Positions 8,842 to 18,227 are shown, counted from the stretch's first letter. The stretch is 32,000 nt of DNA from Geobacter metallireducens GS-15 (GCF_000012925.1 NC_007517.1:2970001-3002000), one strand, 5' to 3'. Notes: generated from the letters alone by a model not told the origin. Made by a program: numbers and translations.

Positions 8842-9246
8842 ATGAGCGCAAACAAGGAACTCTATGTGGGACACATGTCCTACGAAGCCACTGAAGACGA
8901 CCTCCGGCGACTCTTTACGGTGGCCGGCACCGTCACGTCGGTCCACCTGATCACCGACCGCGATACCGGCGAATTCAAGGGGTGCGGCTACGTGCGGATG
9001 GCCACGATCGAAGAGGCAAAAGAAGCCGTCGAGACCCTGGACGGTGCTTTGCTGAGAAACCGGGCCATCACCGTGACCCTGGCGCGCCCCCAGAAGCAGA
9101 CCACCCGCCCCGGCGGCAGGGGCGGCAAAGGGGGACCTGGCCCACGAACCGGCGGCAGCCGCGGGAAAGGCGGCCCCGCCGCCGGCAGCGGTGGTCCCCG
9201 CGGGAAGAGCGGTCCGGGCACCAGACCCGCAAGAGGCAAGAAATAA
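8842..9246 (+). CDS. RRM-type RNA-binding protein with Gly/Arg-rich C-terminal tail
   Basis: 134-aa ORF with an AAGGAG RBS. It has RNP-2-like LYVGHMSY and RNP-1-like KGCGYVRM motifs. The C-terminal ~50 aa are G/R/K/P-rich (RPGGRGGKGGPGPRTGGSRGKGG...). Confidence 0.85.
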   Translation: MSANKELYVGHMSYEATEDDLRRLFTVAGTVTSVHLITDRDTGEFKGCGYVRMATIEEAKEAVETLDGALLRNRAITVTLARPQKQTTRPGGRGGKGGPGPRTGGSRGKGGPAAGSGGPRGKSGPGTRPARGKK

Positions 9247-9282
9247 GTCCCGCCGCCGCTCGGGCTCGGAGGATAGACTGAT

Positions 9283-9711
9283 CTATCTGAGCCTGAGCGG
9301 CACGCTCCGAGAAGCCCTATCCAGCACTATCGCCGCAGCCTTGAATTTCGGCGGCCCCATCATCCCCCTCGCATCGTTCGACACGCCTGCCGGTTCCTTC
9401 GGCACCCCGATGAAGTTCCTGTCCAGTTCACCGTTGCCGTTCTCATCCTGAAACGCCGTCACCGCATAGACCCCGCGGGAAAGTCCCTCCACCGCCACCG
9501 TCATCTCCGGCCCGGAAACCGGCAGCACCCTCCGCGCCGCGGCTCGACGGAGATCGGTAAGAAAATGGGCCTCGTCGCCCCAGACCGTCACGTAAAGGGT
9601 CCCCCTGACGCCCCGAAACCCCGTGACCGTCACCAGGAGGGTTTCGGCGACAGCGGGCTTCAGTTGCAGGATCAGCAGGCATGCCACGAGCAATGCAGCA
9701 AAACGCACCAT
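9283..9711 (-). CDS. DUF2141-family secreted protein
   Basis: Only the last 142 codons of track ORF 9283..10911 are credible, starting at ATG 9711 (MVRFAALLVACLLILQLKPAVA signal peptide). FQDENGNGELDRNFIGVPKEPAGVSND...GPPKF matches the DUF2141 pattern as I recall it. It starts 23 nt after the cydC stop. Confidence 0.7.
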   Translation of the reverse strand: MVRFAALLVACLLILQLKPAVAETLLVTVTGFRGVRGTLYVTVWGDEAHFLTDLRRAAARRVLPVSGPEMTVAVEGLSRGVYAVTAFQDENGNGELDRNFIGVPKEPAGVSNDARGMMGPPKFKAAAIVLDRASRSVPLRLR

Positions 9712-9734
9712 TGTGTATCCCTTCTGTCTTCTCT

Positions 9735-11378
9735 TCAATTTTTTCCCATCCGCACCACCCGGTTGGCCAGGGCAAAGCAGGCAGGCCGGTGGGTGATAAC
9801 GAGCACTGTCTTCCCCTCGGTCCGGGCGGCCAGGCGCGCCACCACCTCCCGCTCGGCGGCGGCATCGAGCCCCTCGGTGGGCTCGTCCAGAACGAGGATC
9901 GGCGCATCCTTCACCAGGGCCCGGGCCAGGGCGATTCGCCGGGCCTCCCCCCCGGAAACGGCGCTCCCTCCCTCCCCCACCGGGGTGTCGAGCCCCAGGG
10001 GAAGAGTGTCCACCCACGCCGCAAGACCGGCATCCTTGAGGGCACGGCGCAGTTCCGCATCTCCCGCCGCAGGATTCCCCACCATGATGTTCTCCCGGAT
10101 GGTGGCATTGAAAAGATGGGGGCGCTGGGGAACCGCGGCGATCAGGCCCCGCAGCTCGTCGGCCGCCAGGTGGCTGATCTCCATGCCGCCGACGGTGACG
10201 CTGCCGGCATAGCCCCTGAAACGGAGCAGGACCTCGGCCACGGTGCTCTTGCCCACGCCGCTGGGGCCGGCAAGGGCCACCTTCTCCCCGGCCGGGACTT
10301 CGAGGCTGAACCCGTGAAGGACCGGCAGGGCCGGATCGTAGGCGCTGGAGACGTTGTGGAAGGCGATGCCAGTTCCGACAGGTAGCGGCTCCGGAGCAGG
10401 GGGATCGGGGACCGGCACCGGCGCGTCGGCAAGCTCCCGGATCCGTCGCACCGCCTCCCGGGCTGAAGGAACCAGCTGCAGGGCCGCCGGCATGCCGGCG
10501 GCCGCCTCGAAGGCCGCCGCCGTGAAAAGGACAAGCATCACGAGGGCCGGTCCGGAGACAAGCCCCGCGGCCACCGAGACGCTCCCGGCCGCAAGGACCG
10601 CTGCCACGCCGAGGCCGCCGCAGGCAACCCCGCCGGCCAGGGTAAGGCCGCCGATGGCGGCGAGGCGCTCCTGCTCGGCCACGAGACGGGACGAGAGGTG
10701 ATCGACCCGCTCCGCCTGACGCTCCGCCGCGCCCAGGAGAATCAGCTCCTCGGCCCCCAGGAGCCCTTCGGTCACTGCTGTGCGGAGCGCCCCGGAAAGC
10801 TCCGCCGAGCGCCGCCCCGGCTCCTGCGCCAGGCGCCGGGCCGCGAGGGGAAGCGCCACCCCGGCAACCAGGAGGAATGCGAGGAGCGCCAGGGCCGCCG
10901 GCACGCTCCATCGGGCGGCAACGAGGACCGCCAGGACGATGGCGGCCGCGCCGGTAACAAGCGGCGCCACGATCCGGAGGTAGAGGCTCTCCAGGGCGTC
11001 CACGTCGGCCCGGAGCCGGCCTGCCACATCGCCCCCCGCGTAGCGCTCAAGCCCGGCCGGAGCCAGGGGCTCCAGCCGTCGGAAGAGCCAGACCCGAAGG
11101 TCGGCCAGAATACGGAACGCTGCCTCGTGGGTCACCAGCCGCTCGGCATAACGCCCCACGGTCCGGAGGATGGCCAAGGCCCGGATGGCGGCCGCCGGGA
11201 AGAAGTAGTTGAAGGGAACGGCAGTTGCCCCGGTCACGGCCATAGAGGCGATGAACCAGCCGGAAAGGGCCATGAGGGCCGTGTTGGCGGCTATGACGGC
11301 GACGCCGAGGAGTATCCCGGTCACCATCCAGGGCCACTGGCGCCGGGAGACGGCCAGGATCCGGAAGAGCTCCCTCAT
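9735..11378 (-). CDS. cydC: Thiol-reductant (cysteine/glutathione) ABC exporter subunit CydC
   Basis: 547 aa with an N-terminal 6-TM ABC exporter domain and a C-terminal NBD (GPSGVGKST, LSGGEARR, LVLDEPTEGLD). Its start overlaps the cydD stop (ATGA at 11375-11378), which is the typical cydDC arrangement. Confidence 0.85.
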   Translation of the reverse strand: MRELFRILAVSRRQWPWMVTGILLGVAVIAANTALMALSGWFIASMAVTGATAVPFNYFFPAAAIRALAILRTVGRYAERLVTHEAAFRILADLRVWLFRRLEPLAPAGLERYAGGDVAGRLRADVDALESLYLRIVAPLVTGAAAIVLAVLVAARWSVPAALALLAFLLVAGVALPLAARRLAQEPGRRSAELSGALRTAVTEGLLGAEELILLGAAERQAERVDHLSSRLVAEQERLAAIGGLTLAGGVACGGLGVAAVLAAGSVSVAAGLVSGPALVMLVLFTAAAFEAAAGMPAALQLVPSAREAVRRIRELADAPVPVPDPPAPEPLPVGTGIAFHNVSSAYDPALPVLHGFSLEVPAGEKVALAGPSGVGKSTVAEVLLRFRGYAGSVTVGGMEISHLAADELRGLIAAVPQRPHLFNATIRENIMVGNPAAGDAELRRALKDAGLAAWVDTLPLGLDTPVGEGGSAVSGGEARRIALARALVKDAPILVLDEPTEGLDAAAEREVVARLAARTEGKTVLVITHRPACFALANRVVRMGKN

Positions 11379-13093
11379 GCCGCCACCTCTCCCGCCATGG
11401 CGGCCAGGAACTCCGCCGGCGCCACCACCCGCTCAAGACGCCCCCCAGCCATGACGGCGACCCGCGCCACCCTCCGGACGGTTTTTTCCCGGTGGCTGAT
11501 GACGAGCACCGTCCGCCCAGCGGCCAGCCGCTCCAGGGCCTCCCCCACCAGCCGCTCGTTCTCCGGATCAAGGCCAGCGGTGGGCTCGTCAAGAACCACC
11601 AGCGAAGCATCGCGCAGGAACGCCCGAGCCAGGGCCAGGCGCCGGAGCTCCCCCCCAGAGAGCCCGGCGCCCCGGTCCCCCAGTTCCGTGTCGAGCCCCA
11701 GCGGCAGGCGATTCACAAAGGCGTCGGCTGCCGCAGCCTCCAGGGCGGCGCAGATCTCCGCCCCGTCGGCGGTGGGACGGCCGAGGCAGAGGTTCTCCCG
11801 GATCGTCCCCTTGAAGAAAAAAGGGCTCTGGGGAACCCACGCGAGGCGCTTCCGCCAGGCAGCCGGGTCCAGATCGGCAAGATCGGCGCCGTTCACCGTG
11901 ATCCGCCCCGCCTCGGGACGGGCCAGCCCCACAAGGAGGCGCACCAGGGTGCTCTTGCCGGTGCCGCTCTCCCCCTCCAGGGCCGTGAGGCTCCCGGCCG
12001 GCAATTCCAGATCGATGCCGCTCACGCCTCCCCGCTCGCCGCCGTAGCGGAAGGTAACTCCCTCGAACCGGATGGCCGGCGGCCCCGCTTGAACCGGCAG
12101 GGTGCCTCCGTACCCCTCGGGCCCGGGAAGAGACAAAAGCGGCACAAGCCGCTCGGCGGCGGCTGTTCCCTGCATCCGGGCGTGGTAAGAGAGCCCGAGG
12201 GTTCTCAGCGGCAGGTAGAATTCGGGGGCCAGCAGCAACACGAAAAGCCCATCGGCGAGGCTTAGTCCCCCTCCCAGGAGGCGGAAGCCGACCACCACCG
12301 CCACCACCGCCGTACCGACGGTGGCGAAAAACTCCAGGGTAAAGGCCGAGAGGAACGCCACCCGGAGCACCGCCATGGTTCCCTGGCGATACGCCTCGGA
12401 GACCCGGGCCACAGCCTCGGCCTCGCGCCGGGCCGCGCCGAAGATCTTCAGGTCGGGAAGCCCCTGGACGAGGTCGAGGAGGTGCCCTGCCATGCGGGAG
12501 AGGCGCCCCCACTGACGGCGGTTGAGGATCTCGGAGCCGCTGCCGATGAGGACCATGAGAAGCGGGATGAAGGGGGCGGAAAAGAGGAGGACGAGACCCG
12601 CCCGCCACTCTGCCGGAAAGACGAAGAAGAGGGCCGTTGGTGGCAGCACCGCCGCCAGGGCCAGGTGGGGAAGGAAGCGGGCCACGTAGAGCTCCAGCCC
12701 CTCGACCCCTGCGGTCACCGCCTCCACGAGGGGACCGGTCTCCTCGCCGGCACGCCCCGCCGGCCCCAGTGCCTGGAGCTTGCGGTAGAGGTGGCTCCGC
12801 ACCTGCTCCTTGACCCGGGCCGCGGCGGCCGCTGCCCGCCGCTCGGAGAAGAAGACCAGGAGCCCCCGGGCAGCAGCCAGGGCGGCGACAGCGCCGGCCA
12901 GGGGAAGCACGGCGTCCAGGGTGGCGTTCTCGATCACCACCCGATGGCAGGCCAGCGCCAGGAGCCGCGCCTGGGGGACGGTCAGAAACCCGGCGACGAA
13001 GGCCCACCCCACGGCGCGGGCAAGCTTCCCCCTCACCCCACGGGCTGTGTCGAGGAGCCATCTTTCAGGGCGTGCTGTGTGGTCTCTGCTCAT
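11375..13093 (-). CDS. cydD: Thiol-reductant ABC exporter subunit CydD
   Basis: 572 aa with a TM domain plus NBD (GESGTGKST, LSGGELRR, VVLDEPTAGLD). It is translationally coupled to cydC. Confidence 0.85.
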   Translation of the reverse strand: MSRDHTARPERWLLDTARGVRGKLARAVGWAFVAGFLTVPQARLLALACHRVVIENATLDAVLPLAGAVAALAAARGLLVFFSERRAAAAAARVKEQVRSHLYRKLQALGPAGRAGEETGPLVEAVTAGVEGLELYVARFLPHLALAAVLPPTALFFVFPAEWRAGLVLLFSAPFIPLLMVLIGSGSEILNRRQWGRLSRMAGHLLDLVQGLPDLKIFGAARREAEAVARVSEAYRQGTMAVLRVAFLSAFTLEFFATVGTAVVAVVVGFRLLGGGLSLADGLFVLLLAPEFYLPLRTLGLSYHARMQGTAAAERLVPLLSLPGPEGYGGTLPVQAGPPAIRFEGVTFRYGGERGGVSGIDLELPAGSLTALEGESGTGKSTLVRLLVGLARPEAGRITVNGADLADLDPAAWRKRLAWVPQSPFFFKGTIRENLCLGRPTADGAEICAALEAAAADAFVNRLPLGLDTELGDRGAGLSGGELRRLALARAFLRDASLVVLDEPTAGLDPENERLVGEALERLAAGRTVLVISHREKTVRRVARVAVMAGGRLERVVAPAEFLAAMAGEVAA

Positions 13094-13156
13094 GGAGCCT
13101 CCTTAGGTTTATCTACACGTACCACTGGCACCTGTCAACGACGCCGCCACAGGATA

Positions 13157-13184
13157 TTGACATCCGTTTTCAATTAAGTATACT
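13157..13184 (+). promoter_or_regulatory. Candidate sigma70-type promoter of hsp20
   Basis: TTGACA (13157-13162), a 16-nt spacer, then TATACT (13179-13184). It lies about 40 nt upstream of the ATG at 13225. Confidence 0.45.
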
Positions 13185-13224
13185 GGAATCAGGAATACTT
13201 CAAAAAAGAAAGGGGTGTTGATAC

Positions 13225-13812
13225 ATGAGACGGCATACGGAACTCAGGACAATGTCCCACAAAGACACTGGCGAATCGGTGGAACCCAGACGGACAACGG
13301 GATCCGGGACAAGTCATGAAACGAAGGGAATAACGAAGAGCGAAACAGAGGGGAGCAGCCGTGAGGTTAGCGTACTTTCCCCGATCAGGGAGATGGAACG
13401 GTGGTTTGAAGAGTCTCTGAGCCGTCCCTTCTTCGGCATGCACTGGATGCCGTTCAGACAGATGTTCTCGGAAGTGGGTGAACGGACCGAGTTGATGCCT
13501 GCGGTTGACATGTTCGAGGAAGGTGGACATCTGGTGGTTAAAGCCGAACTCCCCGGCATCACCAAAGAAAACCTCAATCTCCGGATTGTCGACAACAACC
13601 TGATCCTCTCCGGTGAGAGAAGCAGCGAAGAGAAGATCGAACGGGGCAACTACCTGCGGCTCGAACGGTCCCACGGCTCCTTCAGCCGGACCCTGAGCCT
13701 TCCCGATGGCCTCGATACCGAGCACATTAAGGCCGGCTTCAAGGACGGCGTGCTTGAGGTACGGATTCCGAGGACCGAAAGCAGCACGGTTCGCGAGATC
13801 ACCGTTGAGTAA
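13225..13812 (+). CDS. Hsp20 / alpha-crystallin small heat-shock protein
   Basis: 195-aa ORF. The alpha-crystallin domain reads (PAVDMFEEGGHLVVKAELPGITKENLNLRIVDNNLILSGER...SFSRTLSLPDGLDTEHIKAGFKDGVLEVRIP). The start could instead be the Met at 13252. Confidence 0.85.
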   Translation: MRRHTELRTMSHKDTGESVEPRRTTGSGTSHETKGITKSETEGSSREVSVLSPIREMERWFEESLSRPFFGMHWMPFRQMFSEVGERTELMPAVDMFEEGGHLVVKAELPGITKENLNLRIVDNNLILSGERSSEEKIERGNYLRLERSHGSFSRTLSLPDGLDTEHIKAGFKDGVLEVRIPRTESSTVREITVE

Positions 13813-13835
13813 TGAGGGCAGGAGGTGGAAAGGAG

Positions 13836-13865
13836 AAGGGGAAGCGAAATGCTTCCCCTTTTTTG
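13836..13865 (+). terminator. Rho-independent terminator of hsp20
   Basis: 10-bp stem AAGGGGAAGC / GCTTCCCCTT with loop GAAAT. The T-run extends to 13864. Confidence 0.7.
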
Positions 13866-13942
13866 CATCCGGGGATTGCGCTGCGGACCGCGGGGACGTA
13901 CAATCTGCCGACATATACTCCCAGTGCATGCAAGGAGTCCCC

Positions 13943-14380
13943 ATGTCCAACCTCGCCCTGTTTCTCCTCATGATGTGCGGCGGCACCGCAGTGGCGCTCC
14001 AGCCATCCATCAACGCCCGCCTCGCCCAGAAAATCGGAGTCATCGAAAGCTCGTTCGTCTCCTTTACCGTTGGAGCCCTGGTCCTCGCCGTGGCGGTATC
14101 CTTCTGGGGGCGCGGCAGCCTGCGGGCACTCTCGACTGCCTCATGGTGGGAGCTGACCGGCGGCCTCCTGGGAGCCGCCTTTGTCACCCTCACCATCGTG
14201 GTCGTACCGCGCATCGGCACCGCAGCGGCCATGGCCGCCATCATCGCGGCCCAGCTCACCACCGGGCTTCTCATGGATCACTTCGCCCTCTTCGGCTTCC
14301 GGGGAGCCCCCCTGGACGGCAAGCGGATTGCAGGGACGCTCCTCCTCATGGCCGGCGCCGCGCTGGTGTTCCGCCGCTAA
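13943..14380 (+). CDS. Small DMT-superfamily membrane protein (YdcZ/DUF606-like)
   Basis: Track ORF 13706..14380 trimmed to ATG 13943 (AAGGAG at 13932-13937). The product is about 145 aa and very hydrophobic, with 4-5 TM segments and a YdcZ-like pattern (INARLA...ESSFVSF...AQL). Confidence 0.7.
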   Translation: MSNLALFLLMMCGGTAVALQPSINARLAQKIGVIESSFVSFTVGALVLAVAVSFWGRGSLRALSTASWWELTGGLLGAAFVTLTIVVVPRIGTAAAMAAIIAAQLTTGLLMDHFALFGFRGAPLDGKRIAGTLLLMAGAALVFRR

Positions 14381-14387
14381 CGACGCC

Positions 14388-14867
14388 ATGACCTCCCCCA
14401 AGCGGCACCCAAAAGCCGCACTTCACACCGTCGCCCTGTTCGAGGCAACCAAAGGGGCCCTTGTCATCGCTGCCGGGCTCGGGCTCCTTGCCCTCATCCA
14501 CCGGGATGTGCAGGCATTGGCAGAGGAAATCGTGCGACATCTCCACCTGAACCCCGCAAGCCGCATCCCCCGCATCTTCCTTGAAGCTGCCGGCAAGGCC
14601 GATGGCGGGCGGCTGCAACTTCTGGCCCTCGGCGCTTTCGGTTATGCATCGGTTCGCTTCGCCGAAGCATGGGGCCTCTGGCGTGGCCGCCCCTGGGCCG
14701 AGTGGCTGGGAATTGTCTCCGGCGGCATCTATCTTCCCCTCGAAGTCTACGAACTCTTCATTTCCGTCACCCCCGTCAAGCTCGGCACTTTTCTCGTCAA
14801 CGTTGCCGTCGTAGCGGTGCTCGCCAGAGAGAGGCTCATTGCCTGTCGTTCAACGCGCAAACCTTGA
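14388..14867 (+). CDS. DUF2127-family membrane protein
   Basis: Track ORF 14181..14867 trimmed to ATG 14388, 8 nt after the preceding stop. The product is about 159 aa with 4 predicted TM helices. The N-terminus (LHTVALFEATKGALVIAAGLGLL) resembles DUF2127 proteins. Confidence 0.65.
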   Translation: MTSPKRHPKAALHTVALFEATKGALVIAAGLGLLALIHRDVQALAEEIVRHLHLNPASRIPRIFLEAAGKADGGRLQLLALGAFGYASVRFAEAWGLWRGRPWAEWLGIVSGGIYLPLEVYELFISVTPVKLGTFLVNVAVVAVLARERLIACRSTRKP

Positions 14868-14906
14868 CCCTCACTAAAAAAATTTGCCGAAAGTGAATTT
14901 TTCGCA

Positions 14907-14935
14907 TTGAATGAAATACCGTTAAAGCTTATCAT
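14907..14935 (+). promoter_or_regulatory. Candidate sigma70-type promoter of the PEP carboxykinase gene
   Basis: TTGAAT (14907-14912), a 17-nt spacer, then TATCAT (14930-14935). Confidence 0.4.
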
Positions 14936-15001
14936 GGCCGAATCCCTTCGCGGAATCGCGAAGGGGCTAACTCATTAACATGGCATAAGGAGGCAGTCGG
15001 C

Positions 15002-16855
15002 ATGAGCTACGAGTTACCAGCAAACGAACAGCTTTTGAAGTGGGTGGACGAAGTCAGGGCACTCTGTGAACCGTCCCGGATTCACTGGTGTGACGGCTCC
15101 CAGGAGGAGTACGACGAGCTGTGTAAACTGCTGGTGGAGAATGGCACCTTCAAGAAGCTGAACCAGGAAAAGCGCCCCAACAGCTATCTGGCCTGCTCCG
15201 ATCCCATCGACGTGGCGCGGGTCGAGGACCGCACCTTCATCTGCAGCATCTCCAAGCAGGATGCAGGGCCCACCAACAACTGGATGGCCCCCAAAGAGAT
15301 GAAGGAAAAACTCCACGGCCTGTTCAAGGGATGCATGAAGGGGCGCACCATGTATGTCATCCCCTTCAGCATGGGTCCCCTCGGCTCCCCCATTGCCAAG
15401 ATCGGCGTTGAAATATCGGATTCACCCTACGTTGCCGCCAATATGCGGATCATGACCCGCATGGGCAAAGCCGTTCTCGATGTCCTCGGCGGCGGCGAGT
15501 TCGTCCCCTGCCTCCACTCGGTGGGCGCCCCCCTTCAGCCTGGACAGAAGGACGTGATCTGGCCCTGCAACAAGGAGAAATACATCGTCCACTTCCCCGA
15601 GGAGCGCGCCATCTGGTCTTTCGGTTCCGGCTACGGCGGCAACGCCCTTCTCGGCAAGAAGTGCCTGGCCCTGCGCATCGCCTCCAAGCAGGGGAAGGAC
15701 GAGGGGTGGCTGGCCGAGCACATGCTGATCCTCGGCGTCCAGTCCCCCACCGGCGAGAAGACCTACGTGGGCGCCGCTTTCCCGAGCGCCTGCGGCAAGA
15801 CCAACTTCGCCATGCTGATTCCCCCGAAGCCGTTGCAGGACAAGGGATGGAAGGTGACCACCCTGGGCGACGACATCGCCTGGATCAAGCCCGGCCCCGA
15901 CGGTCAGGTCTATGCCATCAACCCCGAGTACGGCTACTTCGGCGTCGCCCCCGGCACCAACGTCAAGACAAACCCCAACGCCATGGCCTCCTGCTCCGCC
16001 AATACCATCTTCACCAACGTGGCCCTTACCGAAGACGGCGACGTCTGGTGGGAAGGGATGACCGACGAGCCCCCCGCAAAGCTCACCGACTGGCAGGGGA
16101 ACGAGTGGACCCCGGGGTGCGGCCGTCTTGCCGCCCATCCCAACTCTCGTTTCACCGCGCCGGCCTCCCAGTGCCCCTCCATCGACCCCGACTGGGAAAA
16201 CCCCAAGGGCGTCCCCATGAGCGCCTTCATCTTCGGTGGCCGCCGCAAGGACACCGTGCCGCTGGTCTACCAGGCCTTCAACTGGAGCTTCGGCGTTTAC
16301 CTCGCCTCCACCCTCGGATCCGAAACCACCGCCGCCGCAGTGGGAGCCACCGGCAACGTGCGCCGCGACCCCTTCGCCATGCTCCCCTTCTGCGGCTACC
16401 ACATGGCCGATTACTTCAGCCACTGGCTCCAGTTCGGCCGCTCCATCGCCAAACCGCCCCGCATCTTCAGCGTCAACTGGTTCCGCAAGGACGCCAACGG
16501 CAAGTTTATCTGGCCCGGCTACGGCGACAACATGCGGGTTCTCAAGTGGATCGTCGAAAGGGTCCAGGGAAAGGCCGCGGCCGTCGAATCCCCCCTGGGG
16601 TGGATGCCGCGTTACGAGGACATGGACTGGGAAGGGCTCGACATGACCCGCGAGAAGTTCAACGAGCTGACCTCCGTGGACCGGGAGGTCTGGCATAACG
16701 AGCTCGTCTCCCACGAGGAGCTTTTCCTCAAGCTCTATGACCGCCTCCCCAAGGAGTTCCTCCATATGCGCCAGATGATCGTTTCCGGCCTCTGGCGCTC
16801 GCCGGAGCACTGGGAGCAGATCGGCGACGTCCATCCCGAAGGGTGGAACGAGTAA
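15002..16855 (+). CDS. pck: Phosphoenolpyruvate carboxykinase (GTP)
   Basis: 617 aa with an AAGGAGG RBS. The sequence is GTP-PEPCK-like throughout (e.g. [14 protein letters not shown]-loop, GDDIAWI, NSRFTAP). Confidence 0.95.
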   Translation: MSYELPANEQLLKWVDEVRALCEPSRIHWCDGSQEEYDELCKLLVENGTFKKLNQEKRPNSYLACSDPIDVARVEDRTFICSISKQDAGPTNNWMAPKEMKEKLHGLFKGCMKGRTMYVIPFSMGPLGSPIAKIGVEISDSPYVAANMRIMTRMGKAVLDVLGGGEFVPCLHSVGAPLQPGQKDVIWPCNKEKYIVHFPEERAIWSFGSGYGGNALLGKKCLALRIASKQGKDEGWLAEHMLILGVQSPTGEKTYVGAAFPSACGKTNFAMLIPPKPLQDKGWKVTTLGDDIAWIKPGPDGQVYAINPEYGYFGVAPGTNVKTNPNAMASCSANTIFTNVALTEDGDVWWEGMTDEPPAKLTDWQGNEWTPGCGRLAAHPNSRFTAPASQCPSIDPDWENPKGVPMSAFIFGGRRKDTVPLVYQAFNWSFGVYLASTLGSETTAAAVGATGNVRRDPFAMLPFCGYHMADYFSHWLQFGRSIAKPPRIFSVNWFRKDANGKFIWPGYGDNMRVLKWIVERVQGKAAAVESPLGWMPRYEDMDWEGLDMTREKFNELTSVDREVWHNELVSHEELFLKLYDRLPKEFLHMRQMIVSGLWRSPEHWEQIGDVHPEGWNE

Positions 16856-16876
16856 CGCCCAGTCTCCTGTTACACA

Positions 16877-16916
16877 CAAAGGCCCGTCGGAATTTTCCGG
16901 CGGGCCTTTGGTTTTC
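16877..16916 (+). terminator. Terminator between convergent pck and the REC-histidine kinase gene
   Basis: 14-bp stem CAAAGGCCCGTCGG / CCGGCGGGCCTTTG with one G-U pair and loop AATTTT, followed by GTTTTC on the plus strand. It may act in both directions. Confidence 0.75.
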
Positions 16917-16939
16917 TGCATGAACGAGCGCTGTGACTG

Positions 16940-18130
16940 TCAGAGGGTAAAAAAGAACGTCGCCCCCTTGTCCGGTTCGGCTTCCGCCCAGATCTTTCCG
17001 CCGTGGCGCTGGATGATGTTCTGGGCGATGGCAAGGCCGACCCCTGTCCCTTCATACTCGCTTCCGTTGTGCAGTCGCTGGAAGACCGCAAAGAGCTTGT
17101 CGGCATACCGCATGTCAAAGCCTACGCCGTTGTCCCGGACAAAGTAGACCGTCTCCCCGTTGTCCGGAAACGCCCCCACCTCGATCCTGGGCACCTCACG
17201 CCTGCTGCTGTATTTCAGGGCATTGCCGATCAGGTTCGCATAGACCTGCCGCAGCAGAACTGGGTCGGCCTGGGATTCGGGAAGCTCGGCAACCGTAAAC
17301 GAAATCTCTTTCCCTTCATACTGCTCCCGATACTGTGCAAACGTTTCCCGCGCCAGCCGTTCCATCGACACGGGCATTTTGTTGAGGGGCTGGCGCACGG
17401 TCCGCGAGAGGGCGAGGATGGCATCGATGAGCTTTCCCATGTTGTCGCACCCCGCCACGATGCGGTGGAGCAAATTGCGGGCCTCCTCGTCAAGGGCCTG
17501 GGAATAGTCGTCCATGAGGATATGGCTGAAAGCGTCGATATGCCGGAGGGGCGCCCGGAGGTCGTGGGAGACCGAATAGGCGAATGATTCCAACTGGCGG
17601 TTCACCTGCTGGAGCTCCTCGGTCCGCTCGATGACCCGCTGCTCAAGCTCCTGGGCGGCAAGACGGAGCTGGATGGTTCTCTGGTCCACGAGCTCCTGCA
17701 GGTTCCTGCGATGCAATTCCAGCTCCATGCGCTGCAGGTAGAGATCCCGGAAGACCCGTACCTTGCTCCGGAGGATGGCCGGCTCGATGGGCTTGGCCAG
17801 GTAATCGACCGCGCCGGCGTCATACCCCTTGAACTGGAACTTCAGATCCTTCATCCCCGCCGTCACGAAGATGATCGGCAGATGTCTGGTCTTGGGGTTG
17901 GAGCGCATCAGCTCGGCAGTCTCGAACCCGTCCATCTCGGGCATCTGCACATCCATGAGGACCAGCGCGAAATCCTGCTTCAGCGTCAGCCTGAGCGCTT
18001 CGTTGCCCGACAGTGCTCTGACGAACACCAGGTCCAGCTCGTCCAGAAGCCCTTCAAGGGCCGAAAGGTTTCCCGGCCGGTCATCCACAAGCAGAATCTG
18101 CGGTTTCATTGAAATGAACTGTCCGTCCAT
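16940..18130 (-). CDS. Receiver (REC)-coiled coil-HisKA-HATPase histidine kinase
   Basis: 396 aa. It has an N-terminal receiver domain (ILLVDDRPGNL...VLMDVQMPEMDG...K), a coiled coil, an H-box SHDLRAPL and an ATPase G-boxes region (DNGVGF, GTGVGLAI). It is the last gene of the cheR/cheB operon. Confidence 0.85.
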   Translation of the reverse strand: MDGQFISMKPQILLVDDRPGNLSALEGLLDELDLVFVRALSGNEALRLTLKQDFALVLMDVQMPEMDGFETAELMRSNPKTRHLPIIFVTAGMKDLKFQFKGYDAGAVDYLAKPIEPAILRSKVRVFRDLYLQRMELELHRRNLQELVDQRTIQLRLAAQELEQRVIERTEELQQVNRQLESFAYSVSHDLRAPLRHIDAFSHILMDDYSQALDEEARNLLHRIVAGCDNMGKLIDAILALSRTVRQPLNKMPVSMERLARETFAQYREQYEGKEISFTVAELPESQADPVLLRQVYANLIGNALKYSSRREVPRIEVGAFPDNGETVYFVRDNGVGFDMRYADKLFAVFQRLHNGSEYEGTGVGLAIAQNIIQRHGGKIWAEAEPDKGATFFFTL

Positions 18131-18227
18131 CTCCCCTCCATTACCCGCGAGACAGGCTCGCCCCTTGGATTACGCTGACGGCCCGCGTCAGCCGGCCTCC
18201 ATGCCCGAATTCATTCCTGAGGCTCCG

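Noticed and set aside
8650-8946. In-frame 99-codon N-terminal extension of the ABC-F ORF
   Set aside because: The conserved ABC-F N-terminus begins at MISASNV with a good AAGGAG RBS. The extension would run through the leader hairpin and overlap the divergent RRM gene start, and it is basic and low-complexity.
9283-10911. 542-aa ORF on the minus strand
   Set aside because: Only the last 142 codons (DUF2141, start 9711) look real. The rest is a different frame of the cydC region with an extreme P/G/R/A composition typical of wrong-frame translation in GC-rich DNA.
10698-13061. 449-aa (plus strand) and 490-aa (minus strand, alternate frame) ORFs across cydC/cydD
   Set aside because: Both overlap the well-supported cydDC frames. 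Their R/P/G-rich compositions indicate non-coding frames.
13126-13140. TGGCAC as a possible sigma54 -24 element upstream of hsp20
   Set aside because: The -12 position reads AACG instead of TTGC at the required spacing, so it is not a sigma54 promoter.
13189-14274. 361-aa ORF antisense to hsp20 and the DMT gene
   Set aside because: It spans an intergenic terminator and two well-supported plus-strand genes, so it is implausible as a gene.
15422-16921. 499-aa ORF antisense to pck
   Set aside because: It lies fully inside the unmistakable GTP-PEPCK gene on the other strand. The sequence is G/A/V/P-rich and low-complexity, with no motifs.
18174-18192. Hairpin GCTGACG-GCCCG-CGTCAGC between cheB and the REC-kinase gene
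   Set aside because: It has no U-tract on the coding (minus) strand, so it is not a convincing terminator. It may be a minor mRNA structural element, but there is nothing specific to claim.
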